Assembly (NCBI GenBank): GCA_018666775.1
Contig: JABIXC010000007.1
Coordinates: forward strand, 96,845 to 160,844
Direction: 5' to 3'
Source: Rhodospirillales bacterium
Lineage (GTDB): Bacteria; Pseudomonadota; Alphaproteobacteria; SMXQ01
Length of the DNA stretch: 64,000 nt
Shown: piece by piece, positions 60,714 to 64,000 of the stretch
Numbering within the stretch: the first letter of the stretch is position 1
Layout: each line of letters begins with the position of its first letter
Notes under the pieces: generated by a model
The model's input: only the letters and a program-made list of their open reading frames with translations
Told to the model about the DNA's origin: nothing
The model's database searches: none
Translations under genes and position numbers: made by a program

Positions 60714-61796
60714 TCAGAGGTTGTCGGCACCGACTGCATCCTGAATGCGGCCATAGCCATCCCGGGTGAGGCGCGCGACAAGGCCTGTCAGTATTTCCTC
60801 TACAAGCTTTGGCCCCTGATAGACGAGGCCGGTATAAAGCGAAATCAGCGATGCCCCGGCGCGAATTTTGGCATAGGCGTCTTCGGCGCTGGCAATGCCC
60901 CCCACACCAATCAAGGGAATTTTGCCTTCGGTTTCCCGCCAGACCGCGCCCAAAAGCTGCGTGGATGGCTCAAACAACGGCTTGCCGCTCAGGCCACCCT
61001 GCTGCGGGCGATGCGCACTTTGAAGCGATTTTGGCCGGTCCAACGTGGTGTTGGATATGACCAGCCCGTCCATCTGTCCCCCACAGGCCATGGCAACAAT
61101 ATCGGCAAGATCCCCATCACCCAGATCCGGGGAAATTTTGACCAGAACCGGGATGCCTTTGCCACCCGCCAGCTCGGCATCGGCCAGTGCATCCCCGACA
61201 GCCCCCAAAATTTCTTCCAGCGCCGCCGCAGATTGCAGGGCGCGCAGGCCCGGCGTATTGGGAGAAGAAACATTTATCACCAAATAATCGGCATACCCCC
61301 CCAATTTCCCGGCGCAAAATCCATAATCAGCAGCGCCGTCCGTGGCATCCTTGTTTTTGCCAATATTGATGCCGACTAATCCGGGATTTGGGCCCTGATT
61401 TTGCTTTTCGCGCCAGCGCATAAGGTTCGCTTCCGCCCCATCAACACCCAGATTGTTAAACCCAAGGCGATTAATGACTGCTTTGTCTTCCTTGAGGCGG
61501 AAAATCCGGGGCTTTGGGTTCCCCGGTTGTGCTTTGGGCGTCACCGTGCCGATTTCGGTAAAGCCAAAGCCCATATCCAGCACCGGCCCGATCACCCGGG
61601 CATTTTTATCAAACCCCGCAGCCAGCCCCAGTGGATTGATAAAATCACGCCCCCAAAGCTGAATGGCAAGGGACGGATCAGGCGCCACCTTCAGCCGTGG
61701 CCCAAGCCCCGAGGCAAGCGCTGTGAGGGTAATGTTGTGGGAAAGTTCTGGTCCCACACAGCCCAGCAAGGGCCTGAAAATATCATAGAGATGCAT
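60714..61796 (-). CDS. pyrD: Quinone-dependent dihydroorotate dehydrogenase
   Basis: GLAAGFDKN, QPGNPKPRIFRL, NVSSPNTPGLR and GGLSGKP. Confidence 0.97.
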   Translation of the reverse strand: MHLYDIFRPLLGCVGPELSHNITLTALASGLGPRLKVAPDPSLAIQLWGRDFINPLGLAAGFDKNARVIGPVLDMGFGFTEIGTVTPKAQPGNPKPRIFRLKEDKAVINRLGFNNLGVDGAEANLMRWREKQNQGPNPGLVGINIGKNKDATDGAADYGFCAGKLGGYADYLVINVSSPNTPGLRALQSAAALEEILGAVGDALADAELAGGKGIPVLVKISPDLGDGDLADIVAMACGGQMDGLVISNTTLDRPKSLQSAHRPQQGGLSGKPLFEPSTQLLGAVWRETEGKIPLIGVGGIASAEDAYAKIRAGASLISLYTGLVYQGPKLVEEILTGLVARLTRDGYGRIQDAVGADNL

Positions 61797-61901
61797 GACC
61801 TGAACTTATCCCAAACAATCGCCCATGGAAAGTAAGGCAGGCAGGACAACAAATAAAAAAAGCCGCTTGGGTGATGGCCCAGAATAGGGGATAAATCCCC
61901 C

Positions 61902-62780
61902 ATGACAAAAACGCCGCCCAAAACATCAAAGCCAACACCATCAATTCACTTCATTGATGGTGTCTGGATTGAAGGCAACCCGCCCATTATTGGCCCCATG
62001 TCCAATGCCGCATGGATGGCATCGGTCGCCTTTGATGGCGTGCGTTATTTCGACAATACCATGCCAGACCTGAAACGACATGCAGAACGATCGATCCGCT
62101 CAGCCCAGATCATGGGGCTTGAACCCACCATCACCGCCGATGAAATCTGTGCCCGGGCCTGGGAAGGCGTGGATCAAATGGGCGGCGAAAGTGCGCTTTA
62201 TATTCGGCCGATGTTTTATGCCGAAGAAGGATTCGTTACGCCAAAGCCGGAATCAACGCGGTTTGTTTTAACGCTGTTCGAATCACCGCTGCCTGAACCC
62301 AAAGGCTTTACCGCGCATATATCGCGCATTCGGCGCCCAACCCCGGAAAGCGCGCCAACCCTTGCCAAGGCATCGTGCCTGTACCCGCAATCGGCCCAAG
62401 CCCTTCGCGAGGCCCGAAAAGCCGGCTTTGGCAATGGGGTGGTGCTGGATTTTGAGGGCAATGTCGCTGAATTTGCCACCGCCAATATCTTTTTGGCAAA
62501 AGACAACGTGGTGTTCACGCCCAAACCCAATGGCACCTTCCTTGATGGCATCACCCGCCAAAGGGTGATCGCATTGCTGCGTGAAAACGATGTCGTCGTG
62601 GATGAACGAAGTGTCGGCCCACAAGAACTGGCGGATGCCGATGAGATTTTTTCCACCGGCAATTATGCCAAGGTCACGCCTTTAATTAAAATGGATGATC
62701 AGGAACTCGCCCCCGGGCCTTTTTATCTACAGGCCAGGCGGCTCTATTTTGAATGGGCGAAATCTGCCACACGAACGTAA
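61902..62780 (+). CDS. Branched-chain amino acid aminotransferase (PLP fold IV)
   Basis: AFDGVR, LYIRPMF, AKASCLY, EFATANIF and FLDGITRQ. Confidence 0.9.
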   Translation: MTKTPPKTSKPTPSIHFIDGVWIEGNPPIIGPMSNAAWMASVAFDGVRYFDNTMPDLKRHAERSIRSAQIMGLEPTITADEICARAWEGVDQMGGESALYIRPMFYAEEGFVTPKPESTRFVLTLFESPLPEPKGFTAHISRIRRPTPESAPTLAKASCLYPQSAQALREARKAGFGNGVVLDFEGNVAEFATANIFLAKDNVVFTPKPNGTFLDGITRQRVIALLRENDVVVDERSVGPQELADADEIFSTGNYAKVTPLIKMDDQELAPGPFYLQARRLYFEWAKSATRT

Positions 62781-62787
62781 TGGTCAA

Positions 62788-64000
62788 TCAAGATTCTGAA
62801 AGGTCTTCCCCGGCTAGGGCCCGGTTGATCAACACAACGGTTTCCGAAACCCCGTACAGCGCGATGAACGATCCCATGCGCGGGCCTTGGGATTGTCCCA
62901 ACAGAATTTCATAAAGCGCTTTGAACCATGCGCGCAGGTCTTCAAAGTCGTGGTGCTTGCCGACCTCATAGACCTCTGTCTGGATGCCATCTAAATCCGC
63001 ATCCGCTGGCAATGCCGCCAATGCTGCTGACAATTCCGTCAAGGCCGCCTTTTCCATATCACTGGCTGCGCGATAGGTCTTTGAAGGCTTCACAAAATCG
63101 CGGTAATAGCTCAGCGCATAGCCCACCAGTTTGTCCAAAATGGGCGCACTTTCCGGTGTTGCGCCCGGGTCATAGCGGGTGATGAACCCCCACAGGACGG
63201 ATTTATCTTCGGTGTTACACACCGATGCCAGATTGAGCAAAATGCCATAGGTCAGATGGGTTTCCGCCGATGGTGGGTTGCCGCCGTGGATGTGATGAAC
63301 CGGGTTCATCAACTGCACTGGCCCTTCTTGATCAGGGTATTTGGAAAGATGAGTCAGATAGTCATCGACGCACCGGGGGATGACATCAAAAAACAATCGT
63401 TTCGCCTTGCGCGGGGAATTGAACATATAAAGCGACAGGCTTTCCGGCGGCGCATAGGTCAACCATTCTTCGACCGTCAGACCATTGCCCCGGGATTTTG
63501 ATATTTTTTCGCCGTTTTCATCCAGAAACAATTCATACGTCATGCCTTCGGGCGGTTTGCCGCCCAGAATTTTACAAATGCGCGATGACAGGCGGACTGA
63601 ATCAATCAGGTCTTTGCCCGACATTTCATAATCCGCCTCCAGCGCCACCCAGCGCATGGCCCAATCGACTTTCCATTGCAATTTGCAATCCCCACCGCGA
63701 ACCTTGACCTCATAGGTCTGGCCGTCGGCGTCCTGATAGGTAAAGGTGCCCGCTTCCAAATTGCGGTCAATCACCGGCACCTGCAACACGCGCCCGGTCC
63801 ATGGACAAATGGGCAGGAACGGCGAATAGGTGGCGCGGCGTTCTTCACCCAGGGTGGGCAAAATCACATCCATAATGGCGTCGTAATGTTCCAGAACCTT
63901 CATTAACGTGTCATCAAACTCGCCGGATTTATAAGACTTCGTTGAAGACACAAAATCATAATCAAAGCCAAATTGATCCAGAAACGACATCAATTGCGCA
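62788..64000 (-). CDS. lysS: Class I lysyl-tRNA synthetase (5' end beyond window)
   Basis: YSPFLPIC, KLQWKVDWAMRW, GKDL, KISKS and GPRMGSF; the frame is open to the window edge. Confidence 0.95.
   Translation of the reverse strand, partial: AQLMSFLDQFGFDYDFVSSTKSYKSGEFDDTLMKVLEHYDAIMDVILPTLGEERRATYSPFLPICPWTGRVLQVPVIDRNLEAGTFTYQDADGQTYEVKVRGGDCKLQWKVDWAMRWVALEADYEMSGKDLIDSVRLSSRICKILGGKPPEGMTYELFLDENGEKISKSRGNGLTVEEWLTYAPPESLSLYMFNSPRKAKRLFFDVIPRCVDDYLTHLSKYPDQEGPVQLMNPVHHIHGGNPPSAETHLTYGILLNLASVCNTEDKSVLWGFITRYDPGATPESAPILDKLVGYALSYYRDFVKPSKTYRAASDMEKAALTELSAALAALPADADLDGIQTEVYEVGKHHDFEDLRAWFKALYEILLGQSQGPRMGSFIALYGVSETVVLINRALAGEDLSES

Noticed and set aside
62788..64000. Class I (archaeal-type) LysRS as a novelty
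   Set aside because: Well established in alphaproteobacteria; useful only as a taxonomic marker.

Overview
This is a gene-dense, mostly core-chromosome segment from an alphaproteobacterium, probably Rhodospirillales-like. The evidence is the class I LysRS and the familiar alphaproteobacterial blocks lysC-ptsP-rodZ-ispG-hisS-prfA-prmC-DUF4167-clpB, ubiG/DUF1178-nitrilase-grxC-comF, mutT-argJ-PPIase/secA, accA-xerD/aroKB and bolA/J-domain-cobST. I support about 57 CDS, one frameshifted gene, several sigma70/RpoH-like promoters and two terminator-like hairpins. I saw no rRNA, tRNA, CRISPR array or transposase. The points of interest are: (1) apparent insertions into conserved gene orders, namely a GT4-asnB-methyltransferase cassette, a non-alpha-type cysHDN cassette behind a ~12% GC spacer, and an orphan 185-aa gene; (2) a B12-radical SAM plus stand-alone E1 alpha/beta trio at the left edge; (3) a glutamyl-tRNA reductase in an alphaproteobacterium; (4) a RodZ with a ~100-aa KAAAE helical spacer; (5) linked TipF-like and TipN-like polarity genes; (6) an unannotated 46-aa membrane protein heading the xerD-accA unit; (7) many short tandem micro-duplications. 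I cannot claim a clearly novel system from sequence alone. Family calls rest on motif recognition, not database searches, and several start codons were shortened relative to the ORF track.
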